From NCBI GenBank assembly GCA_964187785.1, contig OZ076409.1, positions 95,482,001 to 95,546,000 of the forward strand: DNA of 64,000 bases. The letters are read 5' to 3'. This stretch comes from Amphiscolops sp. MND2022 (taxonomy: Eukaryota). The position numbers and the translations under genes were made by a program. Position 1 is the first letter of the stretch; every line of letters starts with the position of its first letter. The notes below the pieces were generated by a model that worked only from the letters and a program-made list of their open reading frames with translations, was not told where the DNA came from and did no database searches. Below are positions 9,619-20,724 of the stretch, piece by piece.

Positions 9619-11953
9619 TAGCGCTGGATCGGTTCGTTTTTTTTATTTCGCGCTCGGACAAGCCTAGTTCTGACGGTTCGGTAGAGGACAAAAACTCAAA
9701 TTCAGATGAAGAACTATATTCAGAAGAAGAATCAAGGTTCATCTGTTCGTAAACTTTACAAACATAATTTGCATTTGACTGCAGAGTTTCACTTGATTGT
9801 CCGGGGACAATTTGGGGGATGGCTTTATGAACCATCGTCACGGGTACCGCGGTTCCCAAAAGGGTGCCCTTTTTGATCCGCTGTACGTTGCTGGTGAGAT
9901 TTCCTAAACTGACGTAAAGGAAGCCAGTTTCCCCCACGGTCGCCACGGTGTCCTCTAAAAAGATGGCGTTTTTTAACATTCGGTTAGGTGTTTGAAAATT
10001 GATTAGCACGGTTCGAAACATGAAAGGTTCTAAGTTGTCTACAAGCAATCTAGCGCGTAGTATCGCGCGTTCAAAAGGTTGCAACACTACGTCCTGTGCA
10101 ATCGCTACCGACGAATTGAGCGATTCGTTACTTACTTGTGTGTGGGCATGGTACCACACTGGTTCAGAGGGAGCTCGGACAATGACCTTCATCGCGGTTA
10201 GATCTACCAAGACTTGATAAGCTCTTAGGAAGTTTCTGCCCAGGAGGAAGTCTTCCACTCCCATAGCGTCATCAACTACCACGAAGTTAGTTTCTAACTC
10301 ATAGCCTCCCAATTGGAATTTGACTTTCTCCGCTAGACCAAAAGTTTTGATCGTTTTCCCATTCGCGGCATATAAGTCAATACCATAAGGTCGTAAGAGT
10401 GTGCCAGTGCGCACGGCGACTCGATTGTAGGCTGAGAAGGTGAGGATGGATACTCCTGATCCAGTGTCTATTAGACCACGTAATGGCACGGGAGCAGCAT
10501 CGGGAACCACGAATGAAACCACGAGCGACGCACGCTCATCGATTCTCGCTTCACCAGTTGGTTCTTGAGCATCAATGTTATAGCAGCGCAGCTCCTGCGG
10601 TCCCAAGCAGATTCCAGGAGGAAACGCGTCAGTAATAATAGTGGCGCCAAAACGCATGTCAACACCATCTATGCAGACTTTGACTGGAATCGGAGAATAG
10701 GCATGATACGTCGAAGTGACACCTTTCACTTGCCACTCTTCCGGTTGGGGCAGAGTCAATTGCCGGCAATTCTCGTTTGCGGTTATCTCTTCTATCAGAG
10801 CGTCTATGGTGAGTTCTGGGCGGGTTTCTCTCTCAACCGCCAACAGTAGTCGGGCAGACATGATAGTGCGTCCCGAGGGATCAAAAGTAGTTGACTCTGG
10901 GTTCGTCTGGATTTGGATTTTGCCACATGTGACGGTAAGGGGCGTCGCCACGTGAGCGGCTTCAGCAGGGCGTAGCATGAGTACCATTTCACTGTCACTC
11001 ATTGTTTGAGAAGCAGATGGCTGTTCAGCCCAGAGGCTGTACGCCAAATCCTCATGTACTGGAACATTTTGGCATTGTGATGCAGAGTGTTCGGTCATGC
11101 CACAGTTAACACAGAATACGGGGCCAGAACATGCAGAGGCCACATTGTTCTCACACAGGTTCACTCGCTCTTCGGGTGCAGCGCGAGCCGCGGGTTTCCT
11201 TGCTAGGTCTCGATTTGGGCATTCCCTCGCAAAGTGACCTGGTAGTCCACAGTTGAAGCATGCTCCTTGGGGAATCACTCTCGCTGGTTGCTGCTGTGCA
11301 GGAGCCTGTTTTACCGATGCAGGGCCTGGTGGGGCCATCTGTGGCTTTGCCTCTCGCTGTCCTTGGTTTGGAGGTAGCACGTTTTGTGCCGGCCTGGTGC
11401 CTGGTGCCGGGTGAACCAATTTCCCTGGCACGAAAGGGTGAGGCCTCGATCTCATTGCATACCTTGGGTCGTAAGGTTTTGACGTGTTTGGGCGATGCCG
11501 TTGCAATTGTCTCGTGGTGAATCTCAGGGATTCTACAGTTGGTGGCTCAGTCAAATACGTCTCCGCAGCGTACACCACGGCCAACTCTTGTCGCAGCGTC
11601 GGGTCATTGACGCCATCTATAAAACGTTGCAGGATCTCATAACGACGTGTAGTGATAGGCTCGTCTGGGAAACCTTGGGTGCGCAGACCTTCCAATGCGT
11701 CCAAGAATTGCATCCAATCCTCTTTTTCCTGTTGGACACGAGACATGAAGGTTTGCCTGACGTGCATGCGGTTTCCACCGGTTCCAAACCTGCTGGCCAA
11801 GAGAGAGAATACCTTGTCGGGCTCGTCTCGTTCAGGTTCAGATTTGTTGATTATATAATTTCTCGCCTCCCCTTCCAGGTGGTCGATGATAGCCCAGGCT
11901 CTGTCGATCTTTGGGGATTTTGCATGCACCCTTTCTAGAAATCGCTTCATCAC
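9539..11953 (-). CDS. gag: Gag capsid, two CCHC zinc knuckles, degenerate protease-like repeat, aspartic protease and dUTPase-like domain
   Basis: HLEGEARNY capsid motif; knuckles CFNCGLPGHFAREC and CVNCGMTEHSASQC; protease LIDTGSGVSIL...FLLGRNFL; DVVLQPFERAIL...VSLGNLT...IKKGTLLG beta-fold segment. Confidence 0.9.
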   Translation of the reverse strand: MMKRFLERVHAKSPKIDRAWAIIDHLEGEARNYIINKSEPERDEPDKVFSLLASRFGTGGNRMHVRQTFMSRVQQEKEDWMQFLDALEGLRTQGFPDEPITTRRYEILQRFIDGVNDPTLRQELAVVYAAETYLTEPPTVESLRFTTRQLQRHRPNTSKPYDPRYAMRSRPHPFVPGKLVHPAPGTRPAQNVLPPNQGQREAKPQMAPPGPASVKQAPAQQQPARVIPQGACFNCGLPGHFARECPNRDLARKPAARAAPEERVNLCENNVASACSGPVFCVNCGMTEHSASQCQNVPVHEDLAYSLWAEQPSASQTMSDSEMVLMLRPAEAAHVATPLTVTCGKIQIQTNPESTTFDPSGRTIMSARLLLAVERETRPELTIDALIEEITANENCRQLTLPQPEEWQVKGVTSTYHAYSPIPVKVCIDGVDMRFGATIITDAFPPGICLGPQELRCYNIDAQEPTGEARIDERASLVVSFVVPDAAPVPLRGLIDTGSGVSILTFSAYNRVAVRTGTLLRPYGIDLYAANGKTIKTFGLAEKVKFQLGGYELETNFVVVDDAMGVEDFLLGRNFLRAYQVLVDLTAMKVIVRAPSEPVWYHAHTQVSNESLNSSVAIAQDVVLQPFERAILRARLLVDNLEPFMFRTVLINFQTPNRMLKNAIFLEDTVATVGETGFLYVSLGNLTSNVQRIKKGTLLGTAVPVTMVHKAIPQIVPGQSSETLQSNANYVCKVYEQMNLDSSSEYSSSSEFEFLSSTEPSELGLSEREIKKTNRSSANGSDTGPGSTTRRGARFVGIDRQRHA

Positions 11954-12033
11954 TGGGAGCCATCCATCGACAGAACCATCTTTAGTGCCTTTGTATACCG
12001 TAGGGCGGACCCTAGTTTGATCTCGATTAGCAA

Positions 12034-13908
12034 TCAGCGGCGCCAGTTCTTGGACATGGCCTTGGATATTGCCTCGGTAAACCTGAGTTGCTCCGGTGAT
12101 ATAGGCGCTTCTTCAGTGATAGCTGGTGGCGGGATACTGCTGCCTCGCGTTGAGTTGACAGAGTCATCGGTGTTCTCGGGGAGAGTCACTTCTCGGCGTC
12201 GAGTGCTGCTGGCGCATGGGTTGCCCGGGGGCAATTCGTCGTTCGCGGTTTGGAATTCTGCAGCTGATTCTCCCAAAGTTGCATTTGCTGTTTGGAAGGT
12301 GCTGGTGACTTCAGTTAGTTCGTTTGTGCGTGTGGGCTCTCGCAGGCCGGTGATACCCATGCTTGAAGTGTCGATAGTTATCACCTCGCACGTTGGTTCT
12401 TTCTTGTGAGTTTTGGTCGTGGGTGGAATATATTTTGTTGATACCGCAGACGGGATAAATTTCGTCGAGGTTGATGCGGCCTCTCCATTTGAGACCAGAG
12501 TTTGTGGCAAAGGCGCGTACCTGGCCAAGTGCTGTTTAGAGCCAGATGGGTTTGTTGCAGTCGTCACACTCTTTTTTGGCTCGAGGGAGACGCTTTTCAT
12601 GGGTTTTGGCAGTGACACATCAGTGTCTTGCAGCAACTCTTTGATAGTGTTGTTTGCTGGTGCGGGTCGAGGTTGGATATTTTTCAACATAGTGCCCAAA
12701 GCTTGTATCTGTGAACATACCTCTTGCAATTGAGCTTCCATGCGCACCTCTCTTTCGGTCACCATGTCCTTCATTTCGGCCATTCGATAACCCATGGCAT
12801 CCATTCGGGCGGCCTGAATTTCATGTCCTTGCGCTTGTCGCTCAGTTGATGTTCGCAGTTCAGTTTGCACGGCTTCTATTTCCTCCATTATTGATTGGTG
12901 CTCTCTATCGCACCTTGCCTTGCGCTCAGACAGTTGTGAAGCAGCTTGCTTCACGCCTATCTGAGCATCTAATAGAGCATTGCGCGCTTTCGCTGCTTCA
13001 TGTACGGCTCGATATGCCGAAGATCGGGCAGATGCAGCTTTTGATGAGGGTGAGGATGAGCGCGAGTCGCCATGAGGTCCTGTAGTGCTAGTCTGTGCTA
13101 GTAGAGCTGGAGGCCGTACTTGCTTACCCTTCCCAGATGCTCGGGGAGCCGTAGCTTCTTGAAGACGTGCCCTGGCATAATTCATACCCCCGACATAAGA
13201 CATTTGTTGCAATATCTCTGCCGTGTTCGCAGTGCTCTCGCTTGCCATGCTGGGAGCCTTGAGTTGTCCAGTGGCATTCAAGCAACTCATTTCAGCTTCT
13301 TCCTCAGCGTTTGTCCTGTTGGAGTTGGGCCATGTTCCTGCTTCGTCAGTACCGAAAGGTGTGACGGCTACTTTGGTCAGTTCTTGTAACCATTTGGACG
13401 TGTGCGCCTGACTTCCTGTTTCGTCGGCTGAACCTCCGATATCATCGGTAGTTCTGGCGATTGGCCTGGCCTGATACTTCTCCGATGCGTCGTCTGACAT
13501 AGGGTCTGAAAAATCGGGTTCCATAACGAAACTGTCATCAGTTGGCCAATCTTCCTCCCTGGGGTCTGAGGTTATGTCTGATATTGCACTGAGATTTGTC
13601 TCGCACCCCGTTGGGTCTGGTGTTTTCGATGCTTCAGCGCGTCGCGACGTGTCCTTCCTCCCCCCTTTTGAAAGATTAGAGCATCGCCGGGTGTTCGTGC
13701 GGCTTAATGTTCTCGTTATAGAATTCCAAAGGTTACGCAAACTGTTAGTTTTCATGATTTCACACGTCTCGAAAAAGTCAAAAATCGATCTAGGGGTCGT
13801 ACCAGCGTGAAACTTACACAGCGCGTTGATACCGTGGTGTGGGGCCGGAAACCGTGCGTTTGGGGCCTGCGGAACAGCTAATTCGCAAACAATTGAGTTT
13901 TTAGACAA
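12034..13908 (-). CDS. gag: N-terminal Gag extension (low complexity plus coiled coil); first ATG at 13755; joined to the Gag capsid region by a 1-nt frameshift near 12048
   Basis: 624-codon ORF with a heptad-rich segment (AARMDAMGYRMAEMKDMVTEREVRMEAQLQEVCSQIQ). Restoring one base gives ...SKAMSK(E)LAPLIANRDQTRVRPTVYKGTKDGSVDGW, in frame with the next ORF. Confidence 0.75.
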   Translation of the reverse strand: MSKNSIVCELAVPQAPNARFPAPHHGINALCKFHAGTTPRSIFDFFETCEIMKTNSLRNLWNSITRTLSRTNTRRCSNLSKGGRKDTSRRAEASKTPDPTGCETNLSAISDITSDPREEDWPTDDSFVMEPDFSDPMSDDASEKYQARPIARTTDDIGGSADETGSQAHTSKWLQELTKVAVTPFGTDEAGTWPNSNRTNAEEEAEMSCLNATGQLKAPSMASESTANTAEILQQMSYVGGMNYARARLQEATAPRASGKGKQVRPPALLAQTSTTGPHGDSRSSSPSSKAASARSSAYRAVHEAAKARNALLDAQIGVKQAASQLSERKARCDREHQSIMEEIEAVQTELRTSTERQAQGHEIQAARMDAMGYRMAEMKDMVTEREVRMEAQLQEVCSQIQALGTMLKNIQPRPAPANNTIKELLQDTDVSLPKPMKSVSLEPKKSVTTATNPSGSKQHLARYAPLPQTLVSNGEAASTSTKFIPSAVSTKYIPPTTKTHKKEPTCEVITIDTSSMGITGLREPTRTNELTEVTSTFQTANATLGESAAEFQTANDELPPGNPCASSTRRREVTLPENTDDSVNSTRGSSIPPPAITEEAPISPEQLRFTEAISKAMSKNWRR

Positions 13909-16110
13909 TTTTTGAGTTTTTCAGATTTCTTTATAAATGACTAAGATGCCTCGAGCGCAACGTCTAATCGTCGGAGACACTTGAAAATTGGCCACCTGAC
14001 CTTGTGGTAGGTGTACTACACGATAGCAAAATCAAATCTAAGCTAAGGTTCTTATTTCAAGATTCAGGCTGATTCGGACGTTCGGTACCCTTAGTCACCA
14101 AGATACATCAATTTTCATGCTTATTTCAAGATTATGCTTTACTGAAAAAAAAGCTAGCGGGCTCAAAATTTGCAAAAAAACGTAGTATCTGGTACAAATG
14201 ATAGAAATGAACGGCAATTCAATCTCGTTTTTTAATTAAGGTACTCGGATCACTCAGGAAAAATTTGAAAAATTACCCTCTATGCCCAACTTTTTGAGTG
14301 GTACGTTTTTTCTATTTTCTCACCAAGTACCGGTTGGATTGACACGAAACTTTGTAGCTACAGTCGATGAGCGTGTACAATGCCGGTGAAACCATCAAAT
14401 GAAAGCGCGGACGCTTATTTGAGGTTCCGACCTTACTTGGACAACACTAAAAAAAATAATTTTGGACTACTTTTTTCACAAATTGGCTAAGAGGGTCACC
14501 TCAAAAAGTGGTAGGGCTGAAAAAATGGGACCTACGTGTTGCCCCACTACTCGTAGTACTAGGATAAACCCTCGATTAGGTGTGCCCGTTAAACACGAGG
14601 CACCGACAGTCCTTCAGTTTTGGATTATTTCGGTAGTTTTACAGTCCCCTGAAGTTGAAACGTTAGAGAACTTTTTTCGACTTTGGTGAAAGTTACGTCC
14701 ACCAAATTTTCGGCACTAGCGTTATTTTTAGTGGTGGTTATGAAAATGCAACCACCTTTTGGCTAAAGTCCACGAATCAATGACCCGACCTTAGCTCAGA
14801 GATAGTCCGGATTTTAGGAAAATGGAGGTTTTTCAGTGCATTTTTCTACTTTTCTCAGCACTGAAAAGGAATTTTGGGATGCGGTCTTCACTGTAGATCG
14901 TTAAATTTACTGAATAAACTGAAAATAATAGCCCGGGGGCTGTTCTAAGCGTAAAAGTGTTCGTCAATAGTCAAATTGGGTTTCTTCTAAGAGTACTATA
15001 GAAAAACCTCAAAATCACAGTTCTCGTAACTTTTTTCAAGAAGTAGTGGTTATAATTACCAAAATGGGTATTGTTGGGTACCGGCAGGTGTACCCCAACC
15101 TAATTGCAACCATACGGTGGTGTTTAAAAGCTTCTATACAAGTTCCCCCACAAATTCAAAGTGCTAAAAATGTTCAGTCTTCCAAAAACGGGGTTTTTTC
15201 CTCACAAAATTTATACTAAGTGCCTTTTCGGGCAACTTTGAGCAGTTCGTCGCGTTTTTTGCGAACTCATTAGAGTCCTGAGCTACTTTTATTTAATTTC
15301 TGCAGGTGTGTGGCTAGCACCAAGAGCGCTCGCGCTCATGTAGGTGTTTCGCCTCAAAATGGCCAAATTTGGCACTTTTCGTCGAAAATACGTGGAAAAA
15401 ACGCACTTTTTTCGCACAAAACAGGTGCAAAAGCACACACCTAGTTACAGAAGGCTCGTAGAAACATTGGCAAGTGGTCGTACACGAAATTTTGAGCAAC
15501 CCAAAAAATTTTTTCAACCTGACTCAAAAATATTATACAACCGGGACTGACGAGTCGTGTCTTCTCGTTCTTTTTGCTCATCACCCAGAACAGCTAGAGA
15601 CAAACGGGTTGCACCATTAGACACGTCAGCATTTGTAGTACGTTTCCACCAAATTTCATTTCTCTAGGTTGCCTGTACGAGAAATGGGATCGGTGAGTCG
15701 TAAAACTCGTTTCGGCAGATTGTAAGATTCGTCTGAGCAAGGATCGTCCTCTTCTCAACACTCACTTCATTGGTCATGAAAAGCTGAAAAAGGCTAGAAA
15801 ACACCTGTTAACACTTCTAGCAGCCTTCCAACGGCTTGCTAGACCAATTTTATGAGTGACCCGTTAAGAGGGTAGGCTATTTCGATCGTTACCTGTCAAC
15901 TACTAAAAAAGCATGAAAATCACAACATACAGCGCTTTTTTACAAGATTTACCTTTATCCACCGGGCTTGAAGTCTTCAATAACACACACAGGGTAAAAA
16001 CGTGGAAAAACTCTGCTTCTCTCTTCTTTCCATCAGAGTCGGGTCGTACTTGGCGTCAATCACCAGAGGGTCGGCTATTTTAAAACCATTAAGGGAAGCA
16101 CTTCGAAGCG

Positions 16111-16128
16111 ATCCCTCTGTGGTCGCCA
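16111..16128 (-). promoter_or_regulatory. Primer-binding site, tRNA-Arg(TCG)-like
   Basis: - strand TGGCGACCACAGAGGGAT is complementary to a tRNA 3' end of the ...TCCCTyyGTGGTCGCCA type, as in metazoan tRNA-Arg(TCG). Confidence 0.65.
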
Positions 16129-16144
16129 TAAAATGTGTTCTCCA

Positions 16145-16878
16145 TGTAACGACAAGCTCTCACCATTGTCGCCGTAACCATAAGAGCAGGAGGAACACAT
16201 GGCATAGGTATTTGCCCGGGACAGGCGCCCATGGCCATGAGTCCATTTTGCCTCCTTCGGGTAAGAAATGTCCCGTCAGAGGAGGATTCCGCTTCTTAAG
16301 AAGTGCTCGCCGGCCTGATCCAGTCTGTAATTGCTAACAGTAGCGCGCATTACGCTTTTTCTTCGGAACCAACGCTTAGATAGCCTTTAAAAAATGCAAG
16401 TGGTGGAAAGGAAAAATCAAGTTTTTTCGAAGTTACACAGGAAATCGAAATGAGTAGCTCACGAGCTGTTACAACAAGAATATACGAAAATTACTACATG
16501 ATTAGCACTTTTGGGGCAGCAATTAGCCGGGGACACAAGCACGGATGCTTGGTCAAGCCAATTGACTCATTTTCAGTAATCACAGCGTCTTGTAACGCTT
16601 CGCTGAAGAAAGCACTGGCTAGAACAAAGTTCAGTCCGTTTCGACAGAAATTTGAGTCTTTTTCTGACAGCGGCCGTGTTTTTCTGCAGTCTTCTCGTTC
16701 GGTTGGGGTCTCTTTTGAGTCTTTTGCTCAAATTCTCTTCAATTCTGTGGGCAGGTACTTGATTAAAGACACGCTGCCGTCCAGCGGAATATGACTTTTC
16801 AGTAGAGGGGATATAGTCCCTTGAACGAAATTTTCATCGAAATTTTCGAAATCGTGTACTCGATAGGTAATCGCTACA
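16145..16878 (-). repeat. Putative 5' LTR (734 bp) of the giant Gypsy element
   Basis: Read on the - strand it begins TGTAGCGA and ends TCGTTACA (imperfect terminal inverted repeat), just upstream of a PBS. The partner LTR is not in the window. An alternative 3' end at 16134 (...AACACA) is possible. Confidence 0.6.
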
Positions 16879-16937
16879 TTAGGTCCTACATCGACAATGT
16901 ATAAATCATTTTATTTTTGATTGTAAGCGAAAAAAAC

Positions 16938-17090
16938 TCTCGTCGAGACTGCTGGAGCTTTTTATTTGCCGCAGGCCTGCATGCAGGGTAAGTTTTTAAA
17001 ACCTAGAAAGTTGAAAAAACTTCCGGTGGTGAATTTTGTTGAATCACACTGCAATTTCCCTTATTTTATTTGAAATTGAAAAGTTCAAGG
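16938..17090 (+). mobile_element. Truncated copy of the CCCT-TIR MITE family
   Basis: GAGACTGC...GCAGGCCTGCATGCAGGGTAA...AAAACCTAGAAA matches the left part of 38290-38829. Confidence 0.6.
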
Positions 17091-17308
17091 CCTAAAATTT
17101 GAGGATGCTTCTTTCAAGCAGCTTCAGAAAGTCGGATGCAGCAGGAAAATATTTTCGCATAGTATTTTTAAAAAATTTTCTGTGACAAAATTTGTGAAAG
17201 CTACAAATAGCCTATTTTGTACAAAATTGGAACTTTTCCGGTTTTCCAATTGTTTGTCCGTTTTACATACAACGTTTCAATCGATTAACTCCCCAAATCT
17301 ATCGAAGC

Positions 17309-17767
17309 CAGGGGTGTTCAATAAATAATTATGGGTAAGAATAGTTATAAAAAATAAAATAAAATAATTTATTTTTTCACTCAAGGGAATAAAAATAATT
17401 ATTTTTGGACCTGTCAAAATAAAAATTATTATTCTTGAGATAATAAAACTAAAAGCGCGTAATTCAACATATCGTCAGCCAATTATATTCGGAAATACAG
17501 AAATCTTGAACTCATTTCTAGAAATACCTTTGTCAAGTACCCACTGACGCAAAAGGTCGAAGAGTCCATTAAAAAACCCTGTCGCCGCGTTTTGGCCTGA
17601 TTATGGATAGCTAATTTAAATTTTTGTTGACGTCCATTTTTTGCTGAGAATGATAATTATTATTTTAGCAAAAAAATTAATAAAATTATTTATTTTTTCC
17701 ACCCTGAAAATGAAATAATTTATTTTCAAGCAATAATATTATTCGAATAAAATATTGAACACCCCTG
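17309..17767. mobile_element. hAT-type MITE (459 bp)
   Basis: Perfect 15-bp TIR CAGGGGTGTTCAATA/TATTGAACACCCCTG and perfect 8-bp TSD ATCGAAGC (17301-17308 and 17768-17775). Confidence 0.93.
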
Positions 17768-18690
17768 ATCGAAGCTATGGATGAATTTTGATTTCAAAAA
17801 AGATTAAACACTTTGAAATATCATGCGCGAATGGTACAATTTTCTCGATTTACATGTATGAAGATCGGAGATTAATTTTGACAATAAAAATTGCGATTAT
17901 CATTCCATTAAGAGTGTTTCTGGCACAAAAAAAACGGAATTCTAAACAATCTCCAGAATCTTGAATGAATTTGTTTTTTGTGGAAAAAATTTCAAAAATC
18001 TACCCAAAACTGATGTTCTTTGTGCGCCTGAGGTTTCACTTAATGCACCAATCAATCAAAATTGAAATGAGAGTAAATAGGCCATTTTAATTGAGTGATA
18101 GCACCGCTCAGCACAGCGCATAAAGGTAGGATTTCGTAATCACAGCATGTACATAAAGAAATGCACAGCAACGCTGCCTACAAATTTACACCACTTGCAC
18201 CCACTTAAAACTACAGTATTGATGTTACTAAATGCAACACAGCACGCGAAAAAGAGAGCAAATAAACAAATATCATCGGCTGATTAAAGTCTCACGAGCT
18301 CATTGCATTGGCGGTGAGCTATTTCCAAATCATCATTTTTTAATTTTTGTCCCTTTTACACTTTTTTGATTTCAAAATAGTTTTGAGAGAAAAATTCTCC
18401 TGAACATTTCGAATCTGATATATTTTTTTCCTCGGAAAAATTGCAAATTGCATAAGTATGAGCTTGTTTTAAAGTGGGTGTACTTCAAAATCGTATCTTA
18501 ATACATGTATTCTCGAAAAGCCTAATTTTACATCTTCTTTTCTCTCCGATTTCACAATCATTTGTAACTCAAAACATATCAGGGGCTTCAGTAAAATCTG
18601 GGGTCCTTTCAACATTGAACGTTTCAAAACCTTCGAGCAAAAGTAGACCAAAAGTGAGAAAGATTTCAATTTTGACCTAAAGTTAGCTAA

Positions 18691-19194
18691 AACAAGACGG
18701 GAACGTCTAAAGTCGGCGCTATATCTAAGGCTCAAAAAGCGCAAAAGACTTTTTTTTGAAAAAAAACTTGAAGTTTTTGAATTTTTTTCTTTCAGAAAAT
18801 GTCGCATAGTGCCGGAAAATGTAAAAGGGAGACCCTTTGGGCTTTATTAACATATATTCTGTTGCAAAATATCAAAAAACTCGAAAGGGGGACTCTTTTG
18901 AGACATTAAAAAATTTTCAAAAAAAGTCGCACAATGCCGAAAAAAATCGAAAGGAGGGACCCTTTAGTCTCGTCCGGTTTTGTAGGTTACGTTAAAATAG
19001 TAAAAAATGAAAGGGGGACCCTTTTGCACTAATTTCCGCTGATTGGACTTGGCCCTATGGTGGTAGTTTTAGTAGTTTCGATTGCATGAAAAGTGGCCCA
19101 ATCAGAGTGAGATTGTAGTCTGACGAAAAAAAAGAAAAAAAACTAGCCACTGTAAGTGTCGGGCACTTTTCCCTAGAAAAGCGCTGACTAAAAA
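18691..19194 (-). mobile_element. Helentron-type non-autonomous element (HINE/DINE-1-like), family A
   Basis: - strand 5' TTTTTAGTCAGCGC... and 3' ...GCGCCGACT plus short hairpin plus GTCTTGTT; internal GTCGCAyAGTGCCG/AAAGGGGGACCC repeats; several copies in the window. Confidence 0.8.
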
Positions 19195-20199
19195 GGCCTA
19201 TCGTAACTTTTACAATTTTAATTATTTTTCAAAAATCGCTGTTGTTTTAGAGATATTCGATTTTGAGATTTGCCTTTGTTGCTTTTGATAATATCACTGT
19301 AGATCTGCTAAGTGAGAATGAGTATAGGATTAACAAATGTTAATACTTCATCCACAAGTTACTGAAGTCACCAAAAAACTTTAGATTGTATGCTTTAGAT
19401 TGATCATCTTCCAAACGCATAATTCCACTAATTCGAACTTTCCAAAGTTTTTCTCCAATACACCTTACATCAAAAGAAAATGTAAAACTATGACAGGACA
19501 GCGGTGGTTGAGAGCGAACAGCATTGGTTAAACCCAGTGCGCAACATCTTGAAACTCTTGCCAAGGTCTTGTTTAATCCCGGTCACAATTGATATGGTCT
19601 TGTTTATACTTATTTCACACAAAACTCTTCAATTTTTTAACAGGAATCTTGGAGAGAATGTTATCCAGGATCTCAAAAAATTTAAAACATTTACAGAACA
19701 AACATTCTTACATGTTTGCTATCACTTAGCTACTGTTCGCAGAGAAAACTATACTATCATTCTTTGAGGTAGTGGTATACAACAACACGAAGTATTCAAA
19801 TTCACGTTCCGGACGTGATGGCTTTGTTGTTAGCATTGAAGACTGCGGCAAAATAAGACACTTTTGTTAGCTTTTCTCTTGAAACCCTTGACAAGGTCTT
19901 GCAATATCGTATATACTCTTGGCACTCTTGATAAGAATTTTGCTAAGATTTTTTTTACACTGTGTAACTTGTCTAAGCTTGCTTAACCAAATTGACCTGA
20001 ATGGCAAATCACACTAAATGAGTGACCTTATGACCACCAGAAGCAACCTATCGGGAGGAGCTGTCGCTCTGGATCTGATCATTCCTCTCGTTTCTCTCAT
20101 GGTATCTTCTATTCCAAGGATCATAGTTGGATCCTTACACCAAAAAAGCACGCCTACGACAGCTCCGTTATAAGATTGCAGATTTTTTGAAGTGACAAG

Positions 20200-20724
20200 T
20201 GTGAGAATCATGACCCGTGGTATCTCTTAAATCTCCTACAGATCGTGAATCCTTCTTTGCAATCTTTATTTTAGGCCCAGATGCGCTTTCCCTGTTTTCC
20301 TGACTACTAGGGGACAAACTGGCCTCAGTGTCCCTGTGCCCCGTAGAGGACATCGAGTTAGCAATGTTTTGAATTTCTGGGTGATGGCTCTATTTATCTG
20401 ACTATGCATCATTGACATCATAGAGTCCATCTCTTGAGATAATCTAAGGTTGAATTCATTTGAGAAAGTTTCAAAAGACTGTCTGACTTCACCTTGTCTC
20501 AGTAAATCATTTTCATGCAAGTAACTTGTATATTCATTTTCTTGGTACGCATTTGTATCAGCGTCCCCGTGGGTCGACGACTGATCTATTGCTTCAGCTA
20601 ACTCTCTTTCTATGGGATTATTATTACTATTTCCCAACATCACGTCTAAGTTTTCAAAGTCGGACATCATGTCCATCTCTCTAGATTTCCTGGATTTAGC
20701 CTTTTGTTTTCTTGTGGAAGGCAT
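20200..20724 (-). pseudogene. LTR-encoded ORF (MPSTRKQKAK...), frameshifted near 20385 and continuing to the LTR end
   Basis: ORFs 20266..20724 and 20168..20353 join across a small indel. The N-terminus aligns with 30526..31230 (MPxTRxQKAK..SR..D..SD.ENLDVMLGN). Confidence 0.75.

Larger units (their letters stand above)
1..16878 (-). mobile_element. Giant Ty3/Gypsy LTR retrotransposon (5' LTR, PBS, ~2.2-kb leader, gag-PR-RT-RH-IN, extra ORF3); 3' end outside the window
   Basis: Domain order PR-RT-RH-IN on the - strand is diagnostic of Ty3/Gypsy. PBS at 16111-16128, candidate LTR at 16145-16878, coding sequence continuous to position 1. Confidence 0.93.

Noticed and set aside
9630..9650. A8 run as a programmed -1 frameshift site
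   Set aside because: The -1 frame reaches TAA within a few codons and RT lies in the +1 frame, so a homopolymer indel is more likely.
19340..20195. Further host exons near 19340-19470 and 20014-20195
   Set aside because: Short open frames with no convincing splice-site pair or family similarity.
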